The notes under the pieces are model-generated. The model worked only from the letters and a program-made list of their open reading frames with translations. It did no database searches and was not told where the DNA came from. A program made the translations under genes and the position numbers. From Verrucomicrobiales bacterium (GTDB lineage: Bacteria > Verrucomicrobiota > Verrucomicrobiia > Limisphaerales > JAYPXF01): a DNA stretch of 64,000 nucleotides. The number at the start of each line of letters is the position of its first letter. Within the stretch, counting starts at the first letter, position 1. The stretch spans positions 65,749 through 129,748 of the forward strand of contig PBAL01000099.1 of assembly GCA_002715965.1 (NCBI GenBank), given 5' to 3'. This document shows positions 1-9,300 of the stretch, piece after piece.

Positions 1-4
1 CACC

Positions 5-46
5 TCAGAGGGGTTGGAGGGTGAGGGAGGAAACACTCGATTTCAT
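5..46 (+). repeat. Copy A (partial, cut by the window edge) of a dispersed intergenic repeat family
   Basis: The core at 17-46 (gagggtgagggaggaaacactcgatttcat) matches 2153-2182 at 25/30 positions by eye. It lies about 60 nt downstream of the accD stop. Confidence 0.5.
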
Positions 47-106
47 GAAGAGACTGTTCAGCCTGAAACAAAGCAGCGCCCAGGAGTAATCGGAGTCCCG
101 GGCGGC

Positions 107-1057
107 TCAGGATTTCGCGGCCATGAGGAAATCCAGGTAGGTGGCGAGCCGTTCCTTCATTTCCAGACGCGGAACGATCGCGTCGATCAAACCGCGCTCT
201 TTCAGGAATTCAGCGGTCTGAAAACCCGGCGGCAATTCGGCCTGGGTGGTGTCCTTTATCACGCGCGGTCCGGCAAAGCCGATCATGGCTGCCGGTTCGG
301 CGATGATCAGATCGCCCACGCTCGCGTAACTGGCCATCACGCCCGCAGTGGTCGGATCAGTCAGCACACTGATGTAAGGAAGCCCGCGCTTCCCGTGATA
401 AGCCAGTGCGGCGCAGGTCTTCGCCATCTGCATCAGGCTGAACATGCCTTCATACATGCGCGCACCGCCACTGGTGGAAATGATGATTACCGGTTGTCCG
501 GCCTCGGTGGATCGTTCGATCATTCGTGTGAGCTTTTCGCCCACCACCGACCCCATGGAGCCTCCGAGGAACCTGAAATCCATCACGCCAAGCCCGACCT
601 TGTGATCGCCGATCTCCGCGCATCCGGTGAAGACCGCATCCTTCAATCCGGTCTTCTTGACGTATCCCTCCAGCTTGGAGGTGTAGGTCGCCACGCCGGT
701 GAACTTGAGGATGTCGACGCTAACCATCTCCGCGTCGTATTCCTCGAACGAGCCATCATTCACAAGGGCGTCGATCCGAAGCCGTGCGCCGATCTTGAAG
801 TGATGTCCGCATTTGGTGCAGACGGCAAGATTCTCATCCAGCTTCTTCTCGTAGAGCATCTCCGCGCACTTCGGGCATTTCTTCCAAAGACCCTCAGGAA
901 TCTCACGCTTGCGGCCCTTGTTCTCGCCGATCGAATTCTTGACGAAAGTGGTATCGGCCGGGTGCTCAGGCGGAGTGATCGCGGGCGCAACCGGCTCGAC
1001 ATCGGGAATCTTATGTGTGGCGGATCTTTTAGCCATACGGGCGAAACAATCGTTCAA
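107..1057 (-). CDS. accD: Acetyl-CoA carboxylase carboxyltransferase beta subunit
   Basis: 316-aa ORF. It has an N-terminal zinc ribbon (CPKC...CTKC) followed by carboxyltransferase-beta motifs (FLGGSMGSVVGEK, STSGGARM) and appears full length. Confidence 0.95.
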   Translation of the reverse strand: MNDCFARMAKRSATHKIPDVEPVAPAITPPEHPADTTFVKNSIGENKGRKREIPEGLWKKCPKCAEMLYEKKLDENLAVCTKCGHHFKIGARLRIDALVNDGSFEEYDAEMVSVDILKFTGVATYTSKLEGYVKKTGLKDAVFTGCAEIGDHKVGLGVMDFRFLGGSMGSVVGEKLTRMIERSTEAGQPVIIISTSGGARMYEGMFSLMQMAKTCAALAYHGKRGLPYISVLTDPTTAGVMASYASVGDLIIAEPAAMIGFAGPRVIKDTTQAELPPGFQTAEFLKERGLIDAIVPRLEMKERLATYLDFLMAAKS

Positions 1058-1184
1058 ACGCCAAAACGTGTGAAGGTGCCGAGTCTATATGCGCCGCAAT
1101 AGGAATTACCAGAGTTTGTTCGGGGAGAGAAGGTTACGAAATTCCGGTGGGAAGGCGTGAACGGGCCGAAGCCCGCACAAACGC

Positions 1185-1616
1185 TCATCCTTTCGCTTGA
1201 TGGTATGCCCGGAGGAACTGCAGTTGATAAGGACGTCCCTTCAGAGATACCGGATCAAATCCAAATGCCCGAAACTTCAGGATCTGCTCGCTTGTCTCGC
1301 CGACCGGCAGTTTTCCAGAATCCAGCTCGCACTGATCCACCAAGCGCTCACCTTCGTAAATACGCACAAGAAATATGGCTGATTCGGCGGTCAGTTGCTC
1401 GTTGTTCCGGCACTTTACCCGGATCCCTCCGGATCTTTCTTCGTGCTCGAGCAGTTCCACGTCTTTCACCTGCTGCATTGGACGCAGCTTGAGTCCGAAG
1501 AATGAACGCGGTGACTTGTTGGCAAGGTTTTGCAGGCAGTCGCTACCCAGGAGCATGGCGACCACAATCATTCCTCCGATCGCACCTCCGAACATTTCGG
1601 GCACCCAGAAATCCAT
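1185..1616 (-). CDS. Hypothetical membrane-anchored protein
   Basis: 143-aa ORF with one N-terminal hydrophobic helix (GGAIGGMIVVAMLLG) and a soluble-looking remainder. I recognise no family. Confidence 0.5.
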   Translation of the reverse strand: MDFWVPEMFGGAIGGMIVVAMLLGSDCLQNLANKSPRSFFGLKLRPMQQVKDVELLEHEERSGGIRVKCRNNEQLTAESAIFLVRIYEGERLVDQCELDSGKLPVGETSEQILKFRAFGFDPVSLKGRPYQLQFLRAYHQAKG

Positions 1617-1825
1617 GCGTCACGGTAGCATATGCCGTTCAGTGCGTCACACGGTTGAGAAGGCCCAACGGGCCTCATTGCTGTGCGTTGTCTGTGGACG
1701 ATTCCTTCTGATTCGCCAGGTGCTCCACCAGATCGCGAAGCGCGCTTGCCCAGCATCATATGCAAGCCAACCGGCATTCCGGACAGTCCCTGGCGCCGTT
1801 CGGTGATGTCGGTTTTCTCGATATT

Positions 1826-2029
1826 CACGATGCCGTCGGGTTCGAATTCCAAGTCGGTCGGCTGCATGTTGCCGGCGAATTCCGCGCTGTTATCGAGCTT
1901 GAAGGACGCGCCGTTGGGCTTGACTGAAAACGCTTGGATCTTGCTGTTGGCGATATTGCCCTTGAAGTGGCAGAGAAAGAAATGGCCGGCGTATTTCTTC
2001 GGCAGTCCTGTGCCGGGATAATGGACCAA
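1826..2029 (-). pseudogene. Relic of a PVC-type membrane-bound dehydrogenase / heme-binding beta-propeller protein (about 68 aa retained)
   Basis: YPGTGLPKKYAGHFFLCHFKGNIANSKIQAFSVKPNGASFKL...PTDLEFEPDG resembles an internal or C-terminal segment of roughly 1000-aa PVC dehydrogenase-like proteins. The upstream sequence is non-coding and carries a repeat element. The rest of ORF 1568-2029 has no protein-like character. Confidence 0.4.
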
Positions 2030-2113
2030 TCCGGAAGGACCATTGCCGACGTTGCTTGCTGGAGGGAGGCAGGCCGCGGGACGAACTCCGATTCATGAGA
2101 GATTCTCCGTGTC

Positions 2114-2188
2114 GCGACAGCGCAACTTCTCTTTCCCAGCGGGAGAGGGACTGAGGGAGAGGGAGAAAACTCTCGATTTGAGTTTTGG
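2114..2188 (+). repeat. Copy B (full-length type) of the dispersed intergenic repeat family
   Basis: gcgacagcgcaacttctctttcccagcgggagagggactgagggagagggagaaaactctcgatttgagttttgg. It matches the reverse complement of 38484-38558 at 62/75 positions by eye. It lies downstream of the stop of the 2312-4507 gene. Confidence 0.7.
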
Positions 2189-2311
2189 CTTCTTTTGTCT
2201 AGCCCACTCACGCAAACACTCGTGGCGATTGCCCCAGCATACCAAGCCATTGCAATAAACTGGGATGCGCCCATCACCGAGACGCCGCGCAGGCTGGGCA
2301 ATCTGCAATGC

Positions 2312-4507
2312 TTACCTGCCTTCGCGGTCGGCCTTGTCGATCTGGCGGAGAAATGCGCGGACACGATCGAGGGCAATTCCTCGCGGCTTGTTTTCCAGCA
2401 GCCAGGTCGCGTCTTCGCGTGCGCCGTCGAGGTTTCCGCTTTGGTAACGGACAACCGATCGGTCGAGCCGGGCAATGGCACTGTTCGGTTCCAGTGAAGG
2501 ACCGAGTTCCAGGTAGCGCATTCGTTGCTGCCAGTTATCAGGCGCACTTTGGCGGCTTATGAGGTTGCGGACCATGCGACCGAGAATCGATCGCTTGCTC
2601 GCCGGCACGCGATCACCGTAAAGCAGAATGCTGGAGTCGCTCTCACTCATTATTTTTCCGCGCTCGAAGACGTCGATCAGCCGGCCGGCTTCACCCTTGG
2701 GCATGTGGCAGACCATGAAGTGTCCTGGAATTTGCGCACCGTGGATATCGTTCAGTCCGATGCGCTTGGCGAGTTCAATGTAGATGATGGACAAGGTTAT
2801 CGGCAAACCTTCCCGATTGTCCAAGGCGTGGTCGATGTAACAGCTGTCCGACAGGTCACGATTGCCATGGTAACCGTTCTCCTCGAACAAGAACTGATTG
2901 AGCCGCTTGAGCTTGTCCTCGAGGCCGGCTTTCTGGGGCAGGGACGCCTTCAAGTCAGCGCCCATCTGATTCACCAGTTTGCGATACGCAGCGACATCCA
3001 GCTCGGGCTTGTCGATCTTCGAGAGCAGGAGCGAGCAGTAGAGGAGATCAATCTTGTCCTCTTCTTTGGCGAGTTCCTTCATCATCTCTCTGCGCAACTG
3101 CTGGAAATGCACCAACTCGGCGGCAAGTCGCACGCGCTCGGCCTCGCGTTCCAATTCCTTGGCGCGCTCCTGCAGCACGGATCGGGTCCGGGGTCCCTGT
3201 TTCTGCAGTGACGTGATCAACGGGGAGTCGGCGTAGGGCTCTTCGCCAAGGTCTTTGACGATCTTTTCGATGGCACGAACCTTCTCCAACGGCACCTTCC
3301 GCGAGGGAATCGACTTCGCAACCTGGAAGTTTTTGAAGTCCGCCTTGGTGTGCCGAAATTTCGCCAGTCCCACCCGTCCGCCTCGCAGGCCCTTGTCATC
3401 ACTTGCGATGATCAACGCATCGTTTAGGAAGCACTTGATGCCATCTTCCTCGACGCGGACTTTCAGGTAGTTCCATTCGCCGGGTTGGTAGAATTCCGTG
3501 CTGAGCGTTTCGAAGATCTGCCAGGAGAAAACGTTTGGGCCATTGAAACGCGTCAGGCGCAGATTTCCGCTGGTCGGGTAAAATCCATAGTGAACGTCCT
3601 GTCCGTCTGATTCAAAGGCGAGACCTGCGGCTCCACTTTCGTCTTCAAGCTTCACATCGACGGCGACTTCATAGGGAACCTTCGGTACCTTGCGCTTGGA
3701 AATGCAGAGTGCGCGTCCGCCGAATCCCGTGCCCGGCGTGTCCACATGAATCACGCCCCCGCGTTGCGACCATTGCGCGGCAAAGACCGTCGTCCATTCC
3801 CGCTGGTTGAGTCGGCCAAAGGTGATCCAGCGTTCCATCGGAATCGGGTTGGGATCATCCAACATCAGCTTGAGTGACTTGACCGGCACGGCAAACCCGA
3901 TGTTGCGATAGCGGTCGTCCTTCATGCTGACGATCCCCAGCACTTCGCCGTGCATGTTCAACACCGGGCCCCCACTGTTGCCCCGCTCGATTGGGATCGT
4001 GATCTGGATGAGCCGATCCAATTGCTCGTCACGCAAGGCGGAGATGACGCCGTCCACGACCGTGAAGTCCAATCCGAGCGGGTTCCCGATCGCAACGACG
4101 CGCTCGCCCTGTTCGATCTTGTCGGAAACACCCAGCGGCAATACATCGAGGTCCGTGGCGTTGATTTTGAGAATCGCCAGATCGAGGGTGCGATCGAAGG
4201 CGTGCATTTTCTCCACATCGAATTCGCGCCCGTCAGCAAACTCGATCTTGATGGGGCGTCCTTCCCGGACGACGTGATGGCAGGTCGCGATCAGGCCATC
4301 CTTGCTGATGACAAACCCGGCGCCCGTGCCTTCCACCTCTCCGCTGATATCGAGCGTATTCACCACCACTGACGCGTTGCGAATCTGTGCGGCGAGTTGC
4401 TTGACGGTGTGCGGTTTGCGTTCGTCGTCGCCCTGGGTCTTGCCGGGCGCGAGCAGAACCAATCCCATGCACGCCAGAAGGCTGGTTTGAACCAAGTGCC
4501 TGATCAT
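2312..4507 (-). CDS. Exported three-domain fusion: S1C (HtrA/trypsin-like) serine protease + DUF1080/LamG-like jelly roll + SirB1-type transglutaminase-like/TPR domain
   Basis: Signal peptide present. Protease triad contexts are ATCHHVV, LDLAILK and GNSGGPV. The middle jelly roll contains GAAGLAFESDG...GRVGLAKF...FKNFQV. The C-terminal part (LNQFLFEENGYHGN...GLPITLSIIYIELAKRIGL...IPGHFMV) is typical of the SirB1/UPF0162 family. Confidence 0.85.
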   Translation of the reverse strand: MIRHLVQTSLLACMGLVLLAPGKTQGDDERKPHTVKQLAAQIRNASVVVNTLDISGEVEGTGAGFVISKDGLIATCHHVVREGRPIKIEFADGREFDVEKMHAFDRTLDLAILKINATDLDVLPLGVSDKIEQGERVVAIGNPLGLDFTVVDGVISALRDEQLDRLIQITIPIERGNSGGPVLNMHGEVLGIVSMKDDRYRNIGFAVPVKSLKLMLDDPNPIPMERWITFGRLNQREWTTVFAAQWSQRGGVIHVDTPGTGFGGRALCISKRKVPKVPYEVAVDVKLEDESGAAGLAFESDGQDVHYGFYPTSGNLRLTRFNGPNVFSWQIFETLSTEFYQPGEWNYLKVRVEEDGIKCFLNDALIIASDDKGLRGGRVGLAKFRHTKADFKNFQVAKSIPSRKVPLEKVRAIEKIVKDLGEEPYADSPLITSLQKQGPRTRSVLQERAKELEREAERVRLAAELVHFQQLRREMMKELAKEEDKIDLLYCSLLLSKIDKPELDVAAYRKLVNQMGADLKASLPQKAGLEDKLKRLNQFLFEENGYHGNRDLSDSCYIDHALDNREGLPITLSIIYIELAKRIGLNDIHGAQIPGHFMVCHMPKGEAGRLIDVFERGKIMSESDSSILLYGDRVPASKRSILGRMVRNLISRQSAPDNWQQRMRYLELGPSLEPNSAIARLDRSVVRYQSGNLDGAREDATWLLENKPRGIALDRVRAFLRQIDKADREGR

Positions 4508-4664
4508 TCGAAGCGGGACGCTAGCATGCTGAACACCTGGCAGAAAGCATCGTTCGAACCCATGGCGGGTGACCGGGGCAGGCGCAAGCCACGTCCGAAT
4601 GGCTGCAATGACTTCTCGCTGACGTCGCTGCGCTCGTCGCTCGCGGCTTCGGAAACATTCGAAG

Positions 4665-5183
4665 CTACTTTTCTATCGAGTAAACGGTGGTGGGAAGATC
4701 TCGGTTGCGAGGATTGTTGTAGGTCTTCTCGAGGGTCATCCCGTTGTTCTCCGCAACGCGGCGTGAGGCGAGGTGATCGGCGGCCATGTAACTGCACAGT
4801 TTCTTCAGGTACAGGTCTTCGAACCCGTAGCGTTTGATTTCACGGGCCGCTTCGGTGGCATAACCCTTCCCCCAGTGATCGCGATGGATGTGATAGCCGA
4901 TCTCGAATTCCGCCACGCCATCGATGTTTTGATGGGAGATGCCGCAATCCCCGATCAGTTCACCCGCATCACGGAGGAGAACGGCGAACCATCCGATGCC
5001 GTTGCTCTGGTATAGCCCGCTCTGGTGTTCGATGAGTCGTTGAACGATTTCCAAGGACCACGGCTCGGGGTAGAAACTCATGGTCTCGGCATCACCGAGT
5101 ACGGAGTGGAGCGCCTGAGCGTCTCCGGGTTCAAGGGGACGGAGATGGAGTCGTTCTGTTTCCAGCAGGATCGGCGGACGCAC
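4665..5183 (-). CDS. GNAT family N-acetyltransferase (RimJ/RimL-like)
   Basis: 172 aa. The N-terminus (TERLHLRPLEPGDAQAL) and the WGKGYATEA acetyl-CoA motif fit the family. Confidence 0.9.
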   Translation of the reverse strand: MRPPILLETERLHLRPLEPGDAQALHSVLGDAETMSFYPEPWSLEIVQRLIEHQSGLYQSNGIGWFAVLLRDAGELIGDCGISHQNIDGVAEFEIGYHIHRDHWGKGYATEAAREIKRYGFEDLYLKKLCSYMAADHLASRRVAENNGMTLEKTYNNPRNRDLPTTVYSIEK

Positions 5184-5186
5184 GGT

Positions 5187-6083
5187 CTACATGTGTTTGC
5201 GCATCTCCGCCAACACGGGACTGATTGCGGTGTAGGGATTCTCCTTCGCCTCGTATTCGAGCACGACCCAGCCCTTGTAACCGCCTTTTTTGAGCAGGCC
5301 CAGGAAGCGTTTCATGTCGGACTTTTCATGCACCTTGGACCCGAGCCGTTTCAGCGCAACCTTCATCTGCACGTTCACCGTATGGGGAACGCTGCGTTCG
5401 AAGTCGTCGTAAGGATCTTCGGTGCGGAAGTTGCCCGAATCGAGATTGATGCCGAGCCATTTGCTGTCGACCGCGTCGAGCAGGCGAATCAGACGATCGG
5501 CGGACGCAATGCTGTCGTGATTCTCGAGTCCGAGATAAATGCCCTTCTTGCCGGAGTAGTCGCAAGCTTCCTTCAAGGCCTCAATCACGAGCTTGTCCGC
5601 GCGCTCGGCAGAGGTGCCCTTCTTTTGCTTGCCGGCGAAAATGCGGATGTGAGGCGCACCCATGAGTTCGGCGTTGTCGACCCAGGTCTTCAAATACTTC
5701 ATCTGCGCATCACGATCGGGACCGGGTTCCAGTGAGAAGTTGTTGCCGATCGCCGTGCCGCTGATTTCGACGTCTCGCTTCTTCGCGTAACGGTTGAGTT
5801 TCTTAAAATACTCGGGCTTCTGGTTCGGCGGAAAGAAATACGCAGTGAGCTCGGCTCCCCGGCAACCTTCCTTGGCGCAGAAGTCGATGAACTTGCGCAT
5901 GTCCATTGCCGGCTCGGCAGCCTTGCGCTCTTTTCCCCTCATGTAGCGGAAGTAGTTGCGGAAGGAATAAGCCGCGATGCTCAGCTTCATCTCATTTTTT
6001 GCGGCAAGAAGGTTGGGAGCGAAAGCTGCAGCACTTGCACCGGCGGTGAGTTGCAGCATCGAACGACGATTCAGCGAATTCAT
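5187..6083 (-). CDS. Tat-exported sugar phosphate isomerase/epimerase (xylose-isomerase-like TIM barrel)
   Basis: I moved the start to the internal ATG at 6083 (MNSLNRRSMLQLTAGASAAAFA, a twin-arginine signal). The body has TIM-barrel family motifs (GAPHIRIFAG, LGLENHD, INLDSGNF). Confidence 0.85.
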   Translation of the reverse strand: MNSLNRRSMLQLTAGASAAAFAPNLLAAKNEMKLSIAAYSFRNYFRYMRGKERKAAEPAMDMRKFIDFCAKEGCRGAELTAYFFPPNQKPEYFKKLNRYAKKRDVEISGTAIGNNFSLEPGPDRDAQMKYLKTWVDNAELMGAPHIRIFAGKQKKGTSAERADKLVIEALKEACDYSGKKGIYLGLENHDSIASADRLIRLLDAVDSKWLGINLDSGNFRTEDPYDDFERSVPHTVNVQMKVALKRLGSKVHEKSDMKRFLGLLKKGGYKGWVVLEYEAKENPYTAISPVLAEMRKHM

Positions 6084-6394
6084 GGGCGCACGATAACGTG
6101 TCGAAGCGGGAGGAAAACGAAAAACTCTGACAAGGGCGAAACTCCGAGCTTCAAGCCTCAAACTCAGAAAAGTTCCGAACTTCAGTGTCCAATGAGACCA
6201 GTATTCCGGACTCGGACAGGGATAGCAGATTGCTGGCTTGAAGCTTGGCCTCTGGAGTTCGGAATTCTCTACATCGGTGAAATCGATTGTGCCGGAACTC
6301 ATTTCGATTCACGCTGTCACATAGGATTGATCGAGTGTGCAGCCATGAATTTCCGTTCGACGTTCCTGTTTTTGCGCAAGCTGGAGGTGCGGTC

Positions 6395-9300
6395 ATGATG
6401 GCCATCACCGAATTTCTTGGCCTCTTTTTCCTGTTGGTGCTCCTATTCATCATCATCGCGCCGATCGTTGTCTGGGTGCGGGTCAATGAGACGCAGGAGG
6501 AGAATCGGAAGCTGAAACGGGATGCGAATCGTTTGGATCGGCGAGTGGATGAATTGGAGCGTGAGCTGCGTAGGCTGGCGAAAGCACAAGAGCAACCGGC
6601 CAATACAAAGGCGGTTGAGAAACCCAAGGAATCTACGGAACCAATTATAAAACCCAGCGCGGTGGACTCGATGCAGGAAATCGTGACCCGGCGTGAGGCG
6701 GAGAAGAAGCCAGAGCCCAAGGTCGAAGCGGAACCGAAGCAGGTGATCGTGCCCCCGCTTCCCAAGTTTGCCAAATCCGAGCCAAAGGTCTCAGCCCCGG
6801 CTGCGAGCTCGACTCAAGAGAAGAAACCCGTCGACGCGTTGAAGGTGGAATCTCCGAAGGAAGAGGATCAACCGCTGCTCGCCCGCATGATGAAGGGCGA
6901 GGATTTTAACTGGGAACAATTTCTCGGGGTGAAGTTCTTCGCGTGGGTTGGCGGACTGGTGGCGTTCCTCGGCGTGGTGTTCGCGATCAAGTATTCGTTC
7001 GAACAAGGTTGGATCAGTCCGACCATGCGGGTGATCGGCGGAGTGCTGACGGGGATCGGCCTGATCGTCGGGGCGTTCCGGCTGCCGCGTGAAAAGTACT
7101 TCGTCACGGTCCATTCGCTTTGCGCTTCGGGTGTCCTGACCCTCTACGGGAGCGTTTACGCGGCGCATGCGTTCTATGAGGTTGTTCCCGACGTAGGCAT
7201 TGCGTTCATGTTGATGGCCGTGGTGTCAGCCACCGCGTTTATTCTTTCAATCAATCTGAACTCACACGTGGTCGCGGTGTTGGGAATAGTCGGCGGCTTC
7301 CTGACGCCGGTGCTGCTTTCCACCGGGGAAGACCGGACGGTGGCCTTTTTCGGATATATCCTGGTGTTGAATGCCGGGTTGATTGCGGTGTCTCTGAAGC
7401 AGCGATGGGGCTACCTCATGGCGCTGGGCGCAGCTGGAACGGCGATCATGCAGCTGGGTTGGGCGGGGGAGTTTTTCAGCGGGGAACGGACTTATACGGC
7501 GATGACGATCTTTGGCTTGTTCATCGCTCAATTTCTGGGGGCGTTCCTGCTCGCGAGAAAGCGTGAGCAACTCGACAAATATATCGAAGGGGCTGCGCTG
7601 ACGATTCCTGGGATTGCCATGTGTTTCATGATCTGGCTCGGTGGATCAGGGCCATCGGAAATCGCAGATCAGGCGTGGCCGATCTGCCTGTTCCTGATGT
7701 CGGTGAATTCCGTGGTGATTTTCCTGGCGTGGCTGCGGCCTCACCTGTCCGCCGGGGTGTTGCTCGGCACGAGTGCAAGCGCACTGGCGCAGTTCTGCTG
7801 GGTGCAGCGCTGCTTCGAAATCGAACACCTGCATATGACAATGGTGATTCTGCTCGTGCACTCGGCCGCATATCTCGGCCTCGCATGGTTCACAGAGAAG
7901 AAAGAGCGGATTGCAGATGAATGCGGTTGGGCTGCGCTGATTTTCCCAGCGCTGGCGATGTTCGAATCGCTGCTGGCATTCACGTATCCGTTGGCGGAGG
8001 TCACCACGCGGCCCGGTGTTTCGTTTGGCTTCGTATTTCTGATTGATGCGGTGTTGATCGCGGTCGCCTGGCTGCGGCCGCAAATGCGTTCGGTGCAGGT
8101 CTTTGCCGGTGGCGCATCGTTCTTCCTGCTGGCCTATTGGATTGCGGAGTTTTTGAACAACGAGATGCTGTTCTGGGCTCTTGGTTTCACGATCGTATTC
8201 GGCGTTGGTCACACGATTAGTCCGGTGTTGATGGAGCGGCTTCGCCCGGCGAAATCTCCGGTGTGGTGGACGCACCTGTTTCCGCCGGCGGCCTTGCTGA
8301 TGACGCTTCTGCCGTTCTTCAAGCTGGAGCAACTCAGTTGGGCGGTCTGGCCGGTGGTTATCCTGATGGACGCGCTTGCGATGGGCGTGGCCGTTATCCT
8401 CGGGAGCCTGGTCGGTTTCATGTGGGTCTTCGTGATCACATTCTTCATGGCGGCCGTCTGGATTTTCAGGATGCCTGCAGAGGTGGGCGGTTTGATGGGT
8501 GAGTTCGGCATGCTCGTGGTGGTGATTGGATTCGCAGTGATATTCTTCGGTGCGGCCTGTGCGGCCATGCGTTGGAAGATTGGAACCTTGAAGTTTGACA
8601 TGAGCGCGCCGGCCAAGGAGGCGGGCGATGAATGGGCGTTCAGCGGAAAACTGATCGGAGAGCTGGCGGCTACGTCGGCGATCATGCCGTTTCTGCTGTT
8701 GATCCCCATGGTCCTGCGCCTGCCGCTGGAAAATCCGTCATGGGTGTTCCTGATTGGCACGGGGTTGTGCGGCATGCTCCTCGCAACTACGCGCTGGCTG
8801 CGATTCGAATGGCTGGCGTTGGTGACACTTGGGTGTGTCCTGACATTGGAGTTCGTCTGGTTTGTTGAATTCGACTACCTGAAACCGAGCTGGCTGGGAT
8901 TTGCCTGGCACCTGTTGTTCGCTGGGATGTTTGTGGCGTTTCCATTGATCCGCTGTGAGGGCAGGGAAAGCAGTCCGGTCATCTGGGCCACGGCTGCGCT
9001 GGCGATTCCCCTGCACTTCCCGATGTTGCTGATGACCTTCACTGGAATGCTGCCGCAGTTCCCTGTGTTCGGATTGTTGCCCGCGCTTTTGTCACTCCCC
9101 TTGATCGTGGTTGCTGTGCGTCTGTATCGCATCCCGGAAAGCGAAGCGCATCGGAATGCCAATCTGGCTTGGATGGGCGGAGCCGCGTTGTTTCTGATCA
9201 CCCTGGTGTTTCCAGTGCAGTTTGAAGAACAATGGCTGACGCTGGCCTGGGCTCTGGAGGGAGCGGCATTGACCTGGTTGTTCCGCAAAGTCGTTCCTCA

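Noticed and set aside
14-1102. 362-aa plus-strand ORF covering the whole accD locus
   Set aside because: It is antisense to a clearly recognisable accD. Its composition (R/G/H-rich) is typical of a GC-rich shadow frame.
1838-1850. tRNA T-loop-like string gggttcgaattcc
   Set aside because: No complementary T-stem, acceptor stem or anticodon arm can be drawn around it, and it lies inside a relic ORF. I spotted no tRNA elsewhere either.
6084-6302. N-terminal extension of the isomerase ORF. Similar upstream extensions occur at 26145-26456 (lpxK), 40688-40795 (PA14), 21058-21306, 14017-14079, 30056-30091 and 49314-49346.
   Set aside because: The internal starts give canonical Sec or Tat signal peptides or family-typical N-termini. 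The extensions overlap neighbouring genes or lack protein-like sequence.
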